DNA from: Oculina patagonica
Taxonomy: Eukaryota
DNA: 64,000 nt
Reading direction: 5' to 3'
Assembly: GCF_052425735.1 (NCBI RefSeq)
Contig: NC_135759.1
Coordinates: 22,382,001 to 22,446,000 of the forward strand
The notes below the pieces were generated by a model, which did not search any database, had not been told where the DNA came from, and worked only from the letters and a program-made list of their open reading frames with translations. Each line of letters opens with the position of its first letter. The first letter of the stretch is position 1. Both the position numbers and the translations under genes were made by a program. Of this stretch, positions 40,031 through 52,091 are shown in pieces.

Positions 40031-43000
40031 ATGGCTGCTTTTGGGTCTGCAGTTCGTCTTTTTACAAGGCGCGGGATTTCCCAAGCTTCTCGAGCCTTTA
40101 GGTTAGGTTCTACGTCTCGCACTTCAGTTGCTGTGGTTAGTACAACAGTTGTTTGGCAACAAATGTTGCGCAAACCGAATTGCATGCACACTGGCGATGG
40201 GAATGGTGTGGTTTATTTGCTTTTGGTTTGGATTTTTTCAAATTAGTTTGATTTCTGTTTTCCTTTGTGTGATATTCATTATCATCATCTGAAACAAAGT
40301 AGAACAAAAATCAAACTGGTTTGAAGAAGTTCCGGCAACAAACAAATTTAACCCTAAACTTTATAGAAGGTCATAGAAAACTGGGGGAGGAAGGGGGGTG
40401 GGGGGAGGGTGTTTGAAGGTGGGACCCACATGTAAAAAGAGAGGAGTACTTGAAAATTTTTTAGAGGAGTACTCTTTCTGAGGATTGACATGCAGGTTGT
40501 CTAACTAAGTTTATTTCTGAAATGTATCATAATACCGGTAATTGCAACCTCGTTCCCAGCGTCTCTCATCTTCCGCTCTTGGGAGCGGGAAGACGAGAGA
40601 AGTGGGAACGAGGTTGTGGTAATTGTAGACTTACTTTTGGGTAACCAATCAGGATCCAGACATTTTTTGATTATAATATTGGGGAAGTTTACTCTTTTTT
40701 GCTAAATGTATAAAAATGTGTTTATTAACAGCTGTAGCTTTATTTCTAGGTATTATCTGGAAATGGCGTTTTTGATGGTACAGAAGTTCATGAAGCTTCA
40801 TCGTAAGTTCTCTTGGGTCTTAAAAGTAATGTTGGAGAGTAAATAATAACAACAGTAATAGTGTAAGGCTTTGTAAAAAAATTATTTTTTTACTGTACAT
40901 GAAACTGCATGTTTTTTGAGTTTATTGACAACTTGTGCTTGTTCTAAAGGGTTTTTGTTCACTTGTGTCGTGCTGGATGTGATGTGAGTATTTATGCACC
41001 AGATATTCCACAGATGCATGTTTTAAATCATGCCACAGGAGAAGTTGCAGAGGGTGAGACAAGGTAAGATGCAACATGATTCTTAACAATATAAAATAAC
41101 TTAACATGCACATGTCATGATTTGGTAGATTGCTGATTCATAAGAATCACACAACAGCACTTTACATCAACAACTCCAACAATGACTATGACATACAACA
41201 GAAGACATACAAAAAAAAAGGAATGGTGCCAACATGCTATAATCTTGACCAAGCTTGCGTATTTAATAAATAATTGTCACTAGATAATAATATATTAGGT
41301 TTTTGCTAAAAGAGGAAATGATGAAATTAGAGCTATTTGATAAAAGCCCAGGGGGGTACTCCGGCTTGTCAATGACGGGGATAATCGAAGGATTTTTTTG
41401 GGTTTAAAGTTTTCGATTCCGGGATTTTTTTGGGTTGGAAAATTTGGCAAGTTTTTTTTTTGGGGTGACTTGATTTAGATAGGGGATTTTCTTAGGTATT
41501 AAAACGAACGAAAACGAACTAAAGTGCCTTGGCGCGGCCTTGGCGAATTTATGGTATGATGAATAAACAAAACGAGCGTTCTCTGTGTTATGTTATTGCC
41601 CCTCCTGGCAATTTAGGGGTAATTTGACAAGGGATTTTTTGGGGGGTTATTTTTGGTCCAGGGATTTTTTTGGGGTAATGTCGGAAGACTTTGGGATATT
41701 TTTGGGTCCTGAGTTTTGCCTCCATTCGATCATCCCCGTCATTTACAAGCCGGAGTACCCCCCCAGGGGATAAAAGGATTCTCCCCAATGCCTCCTCCCA
41801 CACATTCCACTTGGGTCATATGATATATATCAACCATATAAGAACAGATGTCTGCTCAGTTCAGTCACACAAGAATCTTGACTGGACACAGCCTTGCCTC
41901 TACAATAAGTTTTGAAGGCAGTGTGGCTGATTGGTTTTTACTCTGCGTAGCAGGTGCCTGTGTAGGTTTTGAGCACGCGATTGTGATTCATTTAATAGTT
42001 AACATTAAGTATTTTTCCAAGTTTTGTCTGAATAACTCAGCATGTCCTTAATACCTAGGAATGTTCTTGCTGAGTCAGCCAGAATAGCTCGTGGAAAGAT
42101 CTCTCCTCTTACTGCCCTTGACGCAGCTTCCCATGATGCCATTGTTTTCCCAGGTGGATTTGGAGTGGCAAAGAATTTGTGAGTGTTAAACTAATCGCTT
42201 ACTTTTTTTATACCAGTTATGGAAAATATGCTTTTTGTATCACAACATTTGGTTGATAAGGTGTAAAAAAGTCAAATTTAATTTATCTGTTTGTTGCAAA
42301 AAAGAAATCTACAATGCAGATGTAGAACCCTTCCAAGTTGAAAGAACTTTGAATCATATTGTATCAAACATCTTTAGTTAATGTTGAAAATTAAATCATA
42401 GCCTTGGTGTGCCACATGAAGAAAACTTGAATTCTAGTTTGCCCTTCAAACAAGCACCTCTCAAATTTTACTTGCCCTCCAGGACAGTTGCATGCTTGCC
42501 TTTGTTTGCTATTTTTATGATTTTTGTTGGCAAACTTGTCTAGGACCTTGTCTATTGGTCAAGTTAGCCTGTGTAATTAAAGGCAATGTCACAGTATATT
42601 AAGTCATTCTTCTGATTCCTTTCAAATTGAAAGAAACCTCGTAATAATAGTTTTCTTACATAGAAAAACAACAAAGGAGTAAAAAGGCAAAAATAACCAA
42701 GAATGGCCGTTTTTATGCTTGAGACGTTAAAGCTGTCTTAGACGTTAAAGCTGTCTCGAGACGACATTAATGTCTAGTATAAAAACGGTAAATAAGACAG
42801 ACGCCTTTAACGTCTGATGGCTTTAACGTCTTTTCGTAAGAGCGTCTGAACAACGCTCTTATCGGACAGCTTTAACGTCTCAGATGTTAAAGCCGTCTAG
42901 TATAAAAACAGGACGTTGTTAACTAGTATAAAAACAGTAAATAAGACAGACGCCTTTAACGTCTGATGGCTTTAACGTCTTCGTGTCCAGTGTCCTCCGA

Positions 43001-46000
43001 GTGTAGAACCCAGTCTTTTTTTTATTTTTTTCTGAAAAACTGTCTACTAAATGCATCCCGTTTTGAAAAAAACTGCCATTTTTTTCGAAATGTGTTGTAG
43101 GTGACGTTGCTCCTTTAATCATTTCCTGCTTGTAAGAATGGTAAACACTCGAGCAGTACACATGTTTAAAAATACAGTTACTTTTTTTTTTTTTTTTTAA
43201 TTTATTTGCAACACACACAAAAAAAGCTTATTTACAAATCAATTGATACAGGTACTTACATCACTTACAGAAAAAAAGGCTACTTACAAAAAGATAACTT
43301 AAACTACTTACTTACACTACTTACATTACTAAAATACAAATATAATTGTTGAGTAGAAGAAGAAAACTGACACTATACTTACACTTAGTCTATAGAGAAA
43401 AAAAAAAGAAGAACAAGGGAAAAAATTACAATCACACGATGCGAGAAATACAAGAAGTCTAATTATGATTTCCGTCAAAATAATTATAAAATATTAACTC
43501 TACTGTTGAAAAACAGGGAGAAGCTCTTTCCATTTTTCGCTATGATTTTTTAGGTTTTTGTTTTGTTTAGCTATGGCAAGTTCTAAATTGTATGTTAATT
43601 TTTATCCTGGCTTTCAATAATGAAAGAGATGGCTTTATATTGAGGTTTCGACATTGAAAAATTACAGTTACTTGCTTGGGAGGAAAATCCACAGACAACC
43701 AGACAGGACTTTTCAAGCCCTGTGTGCGTGTCACATGACTGTAGTAACTGTTTTTTTTTATGGTGCTTTTTATATCTGTATGCAGGAGTTCATTTGCTGT
43801 AGAGGGTGTAGACTGCCAAGTTAACGAAGATGTAGCAAAGTCCATCAAGGCTTTTCATGCTGCCAAAAAACCTATTGGGTAAGAACACACAGTCTACTGA
43901 AATCTTAATTTTGGTCACTTAATGTCATGTGTCAGCAGTCTTCATGAAGGGACTATAATGCTTCTTTCCATGGAAGGGGTGCTAGTCTACTGCACGTTAT
44001 TTCCTGGGCAGCATTTTGTAATTTTGCCCTAACAGTTTGCTGGCAGAAGCACTATGAATGAGAGTTAAGTGTCTTCTTGCCAAAGGGTGCATTGCAGTGA
44101 CTTCAATCAGTTAGTAGCATTAATTTTTGGAACTCGGGAAATAAGTTAAGAATATGTACATTTCCCCAATAAAATATATTAAAAATAAGTTAAGAATAAT
44201 ATTTTTTTACCCACAGTCTATGTTGCATTGCTCCAGTGTTAGCAGCTAAGGTTGGTGGGAATTTATTTATTATTATTACTAGAAATTAGAATAATTATTA
44301 TTAGAAATTATTAAATTATTAAAAATTATTATCAGAAGCTTGCATTCATATGGTCTACATAATTATAAGCCTTGTAAGCATAATGTTGGGAGATGAGTTT
44401 TTGTGGGTTTTTCTAGCTCAATTGACCCAACCACTCTAATCTGGGTGTCATTGGAAAGACCATTTGCTCCTGCAGAGATTGAGTATAAGTGATGCCTTTT
44501 TGGTCAAAGATGATGACGTAGACTGTCCACGGCGTCTATTTTTCAATGCAAACAAATTGAGAAAATCGGCGAGCAAAGGGAGCGTGGGAGCGAAGCAGGG
44601 GGAGGGGGGAAGCAAATGAAGTGAGTTTTGCACTGGCGTCCAGTTCTCTCACCATTCCTACCAGGCTGCGCTAATCGAAAAAAAAAATACGAAAAATAGA
44701 GGGCTGTGAACAGTGTGTTGATGACTTCAGAAAGTGGAACAAGGGGCATGTTCGTCACGGGCAGATTTTTCTGGCATGGGAGCCATTGGGTTAAGTGAAA
44801 TCCTTTTGTTGTGACCTCCTGTGGCTTGACAAATTGGCTGGTCTCCTACTATATAGACGTTTTGACTGCCATCCATCAGTAATAATTTTATATCTTGGGT
44901 CATGCATACAACCTTTTCCAGCGCATCCACCTCTTGTAAGAAACCACCTCCCGTAAGTGAGAACTATTTTTCAAAGCAGCAAAATTTTGCTTGTCAAATC
45001 GTTATAGTCAAAAAGATAACCATGACCTCTTTCAGGGCCAATGGTTCGAAATTTTCTAGTGCTTTTAACTTGTAAGCAGCTACTTCACCTGATCTGATCT
45101 CACCATAGGTGCCAGTTGGGTATCAAGATGCCTAATTACCCTGATATGACAACAAAGTTTGTTATCATTAGAATATTTTATTTCAACAAGATACGATTGC
45201 AGGTTGTGCCTCAAAATCTAGACCCCCTATGGTCTGACCTTTTGTAAATGCCCACCCTGGAGGCTACCACATAGGCTTGTCATTTTAAAGTTTTCATAAG
45301 GGAAATTAGGATTGTATTCTAGTATCTGACTGGTTGAAGTAAATGGGTGATAATAGATCTCAACAAAGGCAATAGACTGTAAGGAAACTTCTAACAGATA
45401 ATGTGATTGGTTAGGAAGGCTTTTCTCCTCTTTGATTGGCTAAAGCATACTATGATTTTTCCACAGCTAATACCAAATCTTTTCATTGGAAATTGCATTT
45501 AGTTCTGGCTTTTTCAATGAATTTCAGCTCATTCCAGGTGTTCAGATAACTGTAGGACATGACAAAGATGATGGAACCTGCCGCTGGCCATATGCAGGCA
45601 CTGCTAGTGCTGTGGAACAGATGGGAGCTAAACATGTCAACAAAGATGTCCACATATCCTTTTAAAAAAATGTCAAAACGTTCCTTTTGAAAAAAATGTC
45701 AAAACGTTGTTTTTGACAAAAAAGGGAATAAGATCCAGAGTTGGTTATAGAGTTAAAATTTCACTTTAAAAAAAGACATCGCAATCACTGTGAAGTTGGC
45801 TTCGATTGATTTTCTTTAAAATCTTGGTACGTTGCCCCTTTCATAGAATTTTGTGTGGGCTGGATGGTCTAATGGGTAGTGTGTTGGTGCCATCAAGCAC
45901 AGCTCTTTCTTCTTCATAGCAGCTAATTAGTGTTTCCTTTTAAGAACCCACAGAGGTAATCTATTCCAAGAGAAAGTGTGCACAGACAAAGAAGAGGGAA

Positions 46001-46263
46001 ATATGAAGTATGCAATGGTCTAAGCGAACCTGTGCACCTTAACTTGATTGTGGCTGTTAGTTAAAAAAAGGTAAAAATGGCGTTGCTTAACTTTAGTGTA
46101 AATGCGTTGTTGAGTGTTTGGTTTCTTTGACTGTTGAAACGAAATACATGTGGACGAAGGGAACAAAGTTGTTACAACTCCGGCATTTATGTGTGAGACT
46201 AAACTCCATGAGATCCATGATGGCATTGGCAAGATGATAGAAGCGATAGTCAAAATGGCGTAG
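40031..46263 (+). CDS. GATD3: Glutamine amidotransferase-like class 1 domain protein 3 (ES1/C21orf33), mitochondrial, 8 exons
   Basis: Exons 40031-40135, 40750-40802, 40950-41063, 42059-42178, 43786-43878, 44217-44250, 45528-45653, 46141-46263. Peptides [69 protein letters not shown]. Confidence 0.93.
41347..41768. mobile_element. MITE, CCC...GGG termini, 8-bp TSD
   Basis: ~40-bp imperfect TIR (cccaggggggtactccggcttgt...), TSD GATAAAAG. Confidence 0.85.
42578..43118. mobile_element. TTAA-flanked MITE interrupted by a nested gacgttaaagc-repeat element (~42710-43012)
   Basis: Ends match the 4318 family. The interior has direct and inverted gacgttaaagc units and a duplicated ~60-bp block. Confidence 0.65.
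45654..46140 (+). other. U12-type AT-AC intron in GATD3
   Basis: 5' splice site ATATCCTTTT; branch-like TTCTTTGAC about 10 nt before the terminal AC. Splicing joins KDVH|EIHVD in frame. Confidence 0.9.
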
Positions 46264-46572
46264 AGATTTTGAGCTGTCTAAACTTCAGTTCACCTGACGG
46301 CATTTGTTTCTTCCCATAGCTGAATGACAGAAGGCTTACGTTTGTGGTGAAGAACTAGTAGATAAACACGTAAAGAAATAGCGTATTTTGTCCGCACATG
46401 ATGAAAAAACTACACTGTAGGCTCAGCTAAAAGAACGTACGTAAAGATATGATGACTCTTAAAGTAGTTGAACAAAAGAACATTTGGGTGTAACTGCCTT
46501 TTCATCATTAAAAAATTGTTATTAAATAGATTTAGCCAAGCCTAAAGGCGGAGCTCCCCGTTTCTTAACTTA

Positions 46573-46785
46573 GGCCGTGTTCACACTTAGTGCGAAGCAC
46601 TGGTACCTGGGCACCGGCAAAAAAAGCGTCGTGTTGACAAACAGAAAATCAAAGTACCAAAGTGCCCGAGTACAAGGTGGAGGCCTTATACTCCGTGGGC
46701 ACTTGAAAAAATAGTATGTTCACATTAGTTTCCAGCGAGAATCGTACTCGGGCACCATGCTCAGGCACCAAGTGTGAACACAGCC
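46573..46785. mobile_element. PIF/Harbinger-like MITE
   Basis: TIR GGC(C/T)GTGTTCACACTT, 3-bp TSD TTA. Confidence 0.75.
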
Positions 46786-47467
46786 TTAACCTTAACTAAC
46801 CTTTATTTAAATCTAAATTTACTGACCATAGACAGAAAAAAATTAAGACTTGTGCCCGCGATCCAATAGAAAATCATTACCAGATCAGTGGTCAAATTAA
46901 AAGAACACGTGAACTCAAAAAGCTCCACACCTGAGCCCGCGATATGGTCACGTGATAATGGTCAGTAGAAACCTTGTCTTGACAGCTGTCAATTGTTCAT
47001 GAAATGGATGTCCAATTTCAAAGATGTATGCTGACGTTAACCTTAAAAACCATGCAGCTAGCCATGATGACCATAAATGATTCTCCTATTCCCTGGCTAT
47101 TAGGCTCCGCTTTGCGGACCTTCATCGATCCAGGCCGCTGGGGCGCTCCGCTAATATTCAAGTAATAATTCATGATAATTGATACCGATCGATCACAGTC
47201 AATCTATTGATATTGCAAAATTGGCGGGTAAATGATGTTGTTATAAAAAAGATTGGCCAACGACAGGTACTTTGTATTAGAAATTAACTTTTAATTTTTA
47301 TTACTCTTTTGCGCAAGCCAGCATTTCCGTATGGATCCTGTGCATTACAAAAATTAAATTAAATTAGATTAAATTAAAAATTAAATCAGTTGTATCAATC
47401 GATTAATTGACTTCAATACCGAAAATTTTTAAATGTATTACTCCAAATTTTAAATTTTCAGACATTG

Positions 47468-50400
47468 TCAGCTGTGCTTATTACCGCGTAAAAACATGCG
47501 CATCCTCTTGAACCAACGAGCACGTTGCGTATTACTGAGTGAATGGTGACTATTAGCTGTGCTTGAGTGTTCTGCTCCAAGCAGATTCCGCCTGATGTCA
47601 ATCGCATGCTGTTTAGACTCATCAGCCGAAGTAAAGTCGCCTTGTGCATGTTGAGTGTCCCCGAGTGAATCGTAACAATCAGCTGTGCTTGAGTGTTCTT
47701 CTCCAAGCAGTTTCCTTACGATGTCAAGTGCACGCTGTTTAGACTGATTAGCTAAAGCGAGGTCGCCCTGTTCGTGTTGTATGATCCCCAGTAAATAGTA
47801 ACTGTCAGCTGTGCTTGAGTGTTCTTCTCCAAACAGTTTACGCCTGATGTCAAGCGCACGCTGTATAGACTGAATGGCTGAGGATAAGTCGCCTTGTGCA
47901 TGTTGTGTGGCCCCAAGCAAAAAGTAACTTTTGGCTGTTTTTGAGTGTTCTTGTCCAAACATCTCCAGTCTGATCTCAAGGGAACGCTGTTCAGCCTTGA
48001 GAGCTTCTGAATAGTTTTTCAACTTGTATTGAAAGTAGGCGTGGTCAAACAAGCAATTTGCTCGCAGTTCACGGTGAAGCGCATACCCGGTTTCGAAGAT
48101 ATTTTGTAATTGTTCGATTGCCTTCTCATGGTAGGTGTTATTTGCCGACGACAAATTAGCTGCCTCTTCAGGTTCGCCTAACACATTCTGTACTATTCTA
48201 GTGACGTTACGCTGGAAATTAAAAAACCCAAGTGAACTTTGTAGGAGCGGTTTTTCTATTTCTTCTACAATTTTTAGCACAGCGTTGCTTACAGATTGCT
48301 TTGTGTCAGTTTCGGGTAAATGTTTTGTTGCTTTGCTCACAAGGCAAAGAATTTCTAATGTTAGTGGAGAATTGTTTAAGGTGTCAGGGTCTCTTTGGAC
48401 CATTTCTCCTGCAATTTCCTCTCCTCTGTTTTCTATTGCAGGAATAATTAGTAGTTGTGGGTCTCCCACTGTTTTGCATTCCTGAAGTGCCTTGCCGTAG
48501 AACATTGACATTCTTGACGTGTTCTTTTTCAAGCGATAATAAGTGGCAAGGATCTGGAAAGCAGTAATTCTAAGAATCCTCTGCTCGGGGGTGCCATTCA
48601 TTAAGGAAAGAGCCTCTTCTAAGCATTGAACTCCTTCCTCTGTTTTGCCGGTAACTAGTTGATAGATGCCGCTACAACACAAGTGTTTCCCTTTATCACC
48701 AAAGGACACTGATGAACAGGACGCTTCACTCTTCTTTGCTTCTGAGAGCAGCGGCATTGTTCTACCTCGAGCACCCAAAGGTACTTCAGTTAAAGCCAAG
48801 GACACAAGTAACTGTCTGAAGAACACATTTTGCCCATCCGTCTTGGCTGCTGCAATTGCTGAATCGTAGATTTTGCCAATGTTTTCTCCCTCGCACCAAA
48901 ATAAGCTGTCCAGGAACAGTTCTGCTTTTGTCAAAGCACGAAAAACAGCGGCAGATGTCTTGCAATCTAAACAACCCTCTATTAGACTTTGAAGATAACT
49001 CTGCCTATCTTCATAGAATTCAATAAACGCCGTCATTGAATTTCCTGTTAAGAACTGCTCATTTAGCTTCTCGAATCGGGAGACGTAAAATGCACACAAG
49101 CGAGATTTAGCGTTGAGAACAGTTTCTTTTATCTCTTGTTCTCCCCTCTCGCCTGCAAACGACAGAAGTAGCTGATGCATTACGAATGACCCAGACTTAG
49201 AACTTGAATCGAGAAAAGATTTCCTTCGCAGGCTATGTAATACCTTCTTTGCCACAGGCATTTGTGATATACCCAGAACGGCTGCAGCAACCGTTATATC
49301 GAAACTCTCTGGAAGAACAGTCAAGGATACAAGAGCTTCCTTTTCTTGAGTAGCGAGCCTCTGAAAAGAAGAGTCAAATAAGTGTTTCAATCTCAGATTG
49401 GAGGGATAGTCTGGATTGTCTAAAATATCGACAATATTGTTACTTTCTAAAGACCTCATAAAGTCATCCATGACTTGACTCGGTTGAAGATCATCTTCAG
49501 AAATGGAGGAACACAATAACTTTATGGCCAAAGGTACTTGCCCGCATACTTGCGTAATTCGTATGCAGTCGGAAGGAGTCGCATTTGGGAGTAATTCTTT
49601 AATAAGGTTTTGAGAATAGGATTCATCTAATGGTCGTATTCTTACTGCATGGTGGCCTTGGAATTGCACATTCATAAACTCCAGGGATTCTCTAGTGGTA
49701 ATAACGAATGTCACCTTTTTGGTTCGTCTGAGTATTTCTTCAAGAAAATGCGTGAAATCCTCCTTCACTTTTGGCATTCCACTTTCGAATAACTCATCAG
49801 CATTATCAAGAATCAAAACAAAGCGATCCGAAATTTCGCTCAAAAGTTGGAAAAGCTCATCGTCAAGCGAAAGACGCCCAGGTTGTCGATCATTTGTGGT
49901 AGGTCGTCTGAAAAAGCTAAGAAGCTTTGATGTCAGATCGGCTTTAGATTGAACTCCTCGTAACGAGAGAAAGTAGACGGGCAATCCCTGAGAGTGAAGA
50001 TGATGTCCTACTGCAGTTGCTACGGACGTTTTTCCAAAACCTGGTGAGCCCCAGATCGACACGATTCGGATAGATTCGGAAGTCACGTGACCAGTGATCT
50101 CATCACATTCTCCCTGGCGGCCAGTAAAGTGTGGAACCGTTGGAGGAAGACAGGTTCTTGGGAGTGATGTCTTTGTATCTTTGAAAAGGCAAAATAAAAA
50201 CAATAATCATGGAAGGTATGTTTCAATATAAATCTTTTTTGCCTGTAAAAACTGGATATCTGGTGACGTCACGAGAAATGGTAATATGGCCGCCGAAGCT
50301 AGGCACACTATACATACTCTTTTTTGAGCTCTTTTTGTGGCCAAAAAGCGGACTTTTCACACAAGGTTTTTTCACACAATACAATAGAACAATATAGATT

Positions 50401-51426
50401 TGTTGAGTGGAGAAGAAAATGGCGTTTTGCGAAGCTTTCACGAGTTGCGAGGCCGAAACCTTACCAGTGAGCCAATCAGATTACTGGAAATCATATATCC
50501 AGTTCTGGTTATGAGCCGAACTGCTTAACAATCACTGAACTGTACTGAGTTCAAATTTTGTTTTGCAAATTAAGTATTATCTTCAGAAACAAGTGTTACA
50601 CGGTACATAAATTCCAGTATATACCTGACTCTTCTTGTAACAGTGCCTCTTTCAAATCATTGATCTTTTGCTCTAACATCATGGCGATGTCTTCTTTACT
50701 TGCAGTGCCTTCCACTTTTCCTTTTATTGCAGTTGACAACACTCTTAACTCGTCGATATCTGAATTTACGCCCTCGAGAAACTTGATATATGCCCGGGTC
50801 TCCTCTTTAATACCTTGTTCCAATTTGCGAACTTCTTTTGTGGGGAAGTCTGACTCAGTCAAACCACCAATGACATCAATAGGGTCTGTCTTGACTCCAA
50901 AAGCTTTGAATGCATCTTTAGCATGTTGTACGTATTGGTCAAATGTTGGTTTGTCAATCTCAGAACTGGATGAGTGGCAAAGCGAATTTCGTAACAGTCG
51001 AAGTTGATCAATCGCAAGTGCAAATGTTTCGGCCTTGTTTCCACCCGGACTCGCCACAGATGCATGGAACCTTCCAAGAGGTAATTTATGGGGCTTCACG
51101 TACAGATCATTGAGTGTCCTGTGATGACCTGTGCTGTCAGGCAAAGCGAAGGACCGCGCGTAAATAGTGGCTTGGAACAGGGCGGTACAATCCCATTCAT
51201 CATAGGAGAGGTGTGTGGGAACTTTAGTTTTCCCACCCTCTGCAGCGAGAAACAGATTTCTCACCACAATGGAGTCATCCCAGGGCTGGAAGGCAGGGAA
51301 ATGTCCAAAGTTGTTGTCCCACATGGATCTGAAAGTTTGACGTAAGGCTTTGGGAAATTCATTGAGTGCAATGGAAGCAAACTTGAAATAGTTCAACTGC
51401 TCGTCCTGAAACGGCTGCAGGGCCAT
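47468..51426 (-). CDS. NLR-like STAND protein: N-terminal HEPN-like domain, coiled coil, NB-ARC/AAA NTPase, TPR repeats (~1170 aa, 2 coding exons)
   Basis: Exon 51426-50625 (phase 1) splices to 50178-47468. Motifs: WDCTALF and LRLLRNSLCH (RxxxxH); FTGR; Walker A GSPGFGKT; Walker B LILDNAD; VITTR; CGQVPLAI; MHQLL; 42-aa TPRs (EHSSTADSY..LG..QH.QGD). Confidence 0.85.
47520..47955 (-). repeat. 126-bp coding tandem repeat (about 3.5 TPR units)
   Basis: cagctgtgcttgagtgttct recurs at 126-nt spacing. Confidence 0.85.
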
Positions 51427-51772
51427 CTTTCTTTAGCAGCAATTGTCAGCAATTATCATTGGACCTCCTGGACATTACCGACAACCTGAGAAACCTAAGA
51501 CAAGATACCTTGAATGTTGCATTGAATTGCTTAATAGTGACAAGGAAGTATTGGTAAAAAGGAATACTAAGCCTGGACTTTGATTTATTGATAAACAATG
51601 TAAAAAGGTACGGGTTCAGTCATCGTTTGATATTAGACAAAATGAAATCCGCTAAACTGCAACTAGAAAACAAACTGTGTCACGTTGCTTTATAACGTGA
51701 GGGTAAATTTGAAATGAGAAACTTTTGAGTGAGGCTGACATCGCCTACAGACCACTTTCGTGACTTTGCTAA

Positions 51773-52091
51773 GGCCTACTCTGGGACCCAAAGTAGCCGT
51801 AACTTTGGGCGACTTAAGGCGACTTTAGGCGATTTTAGCTTATTTTGTCCAAAATTACGGGCGATTTTGGGCGATTTAAGGCGATTTTGGGCGACTTTAG
51901 GCGATTTTGAGCGACGTTAGGCAATTTTAGGTGACCTTTTAGGCAATTTTAGGTGACCGACCTAAGTACAGTTGTGGTATACATGTACATGGGAATCATC
52001 ATGGTTCACCATAAAGCATTGTTACAGAAAATATCTGCGACTTTGGGCGACTTTAGGCGATTTGGGGCGATTTTGGGTCCCAGAGTAGGCC
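51773..52091. mobile_element. MITE with 10-bp ggcgatttt(a/g) internal repeats
   Basis: Perfect 20-bp TIR GGCCTACTCTGGGACCCAAA. Confidence 0.8.

Noticed and set aside
48135-49952. Several plus-strand ORFs
   Set aside because: Antisense shadows of the STAND-TPR exon.
51800-52080. Short repeated units resembling a CRISPR array
   Set aside because: 10-bp degenerate units without unique spacers, inside MITE TIRs in eukaryotic DNA.
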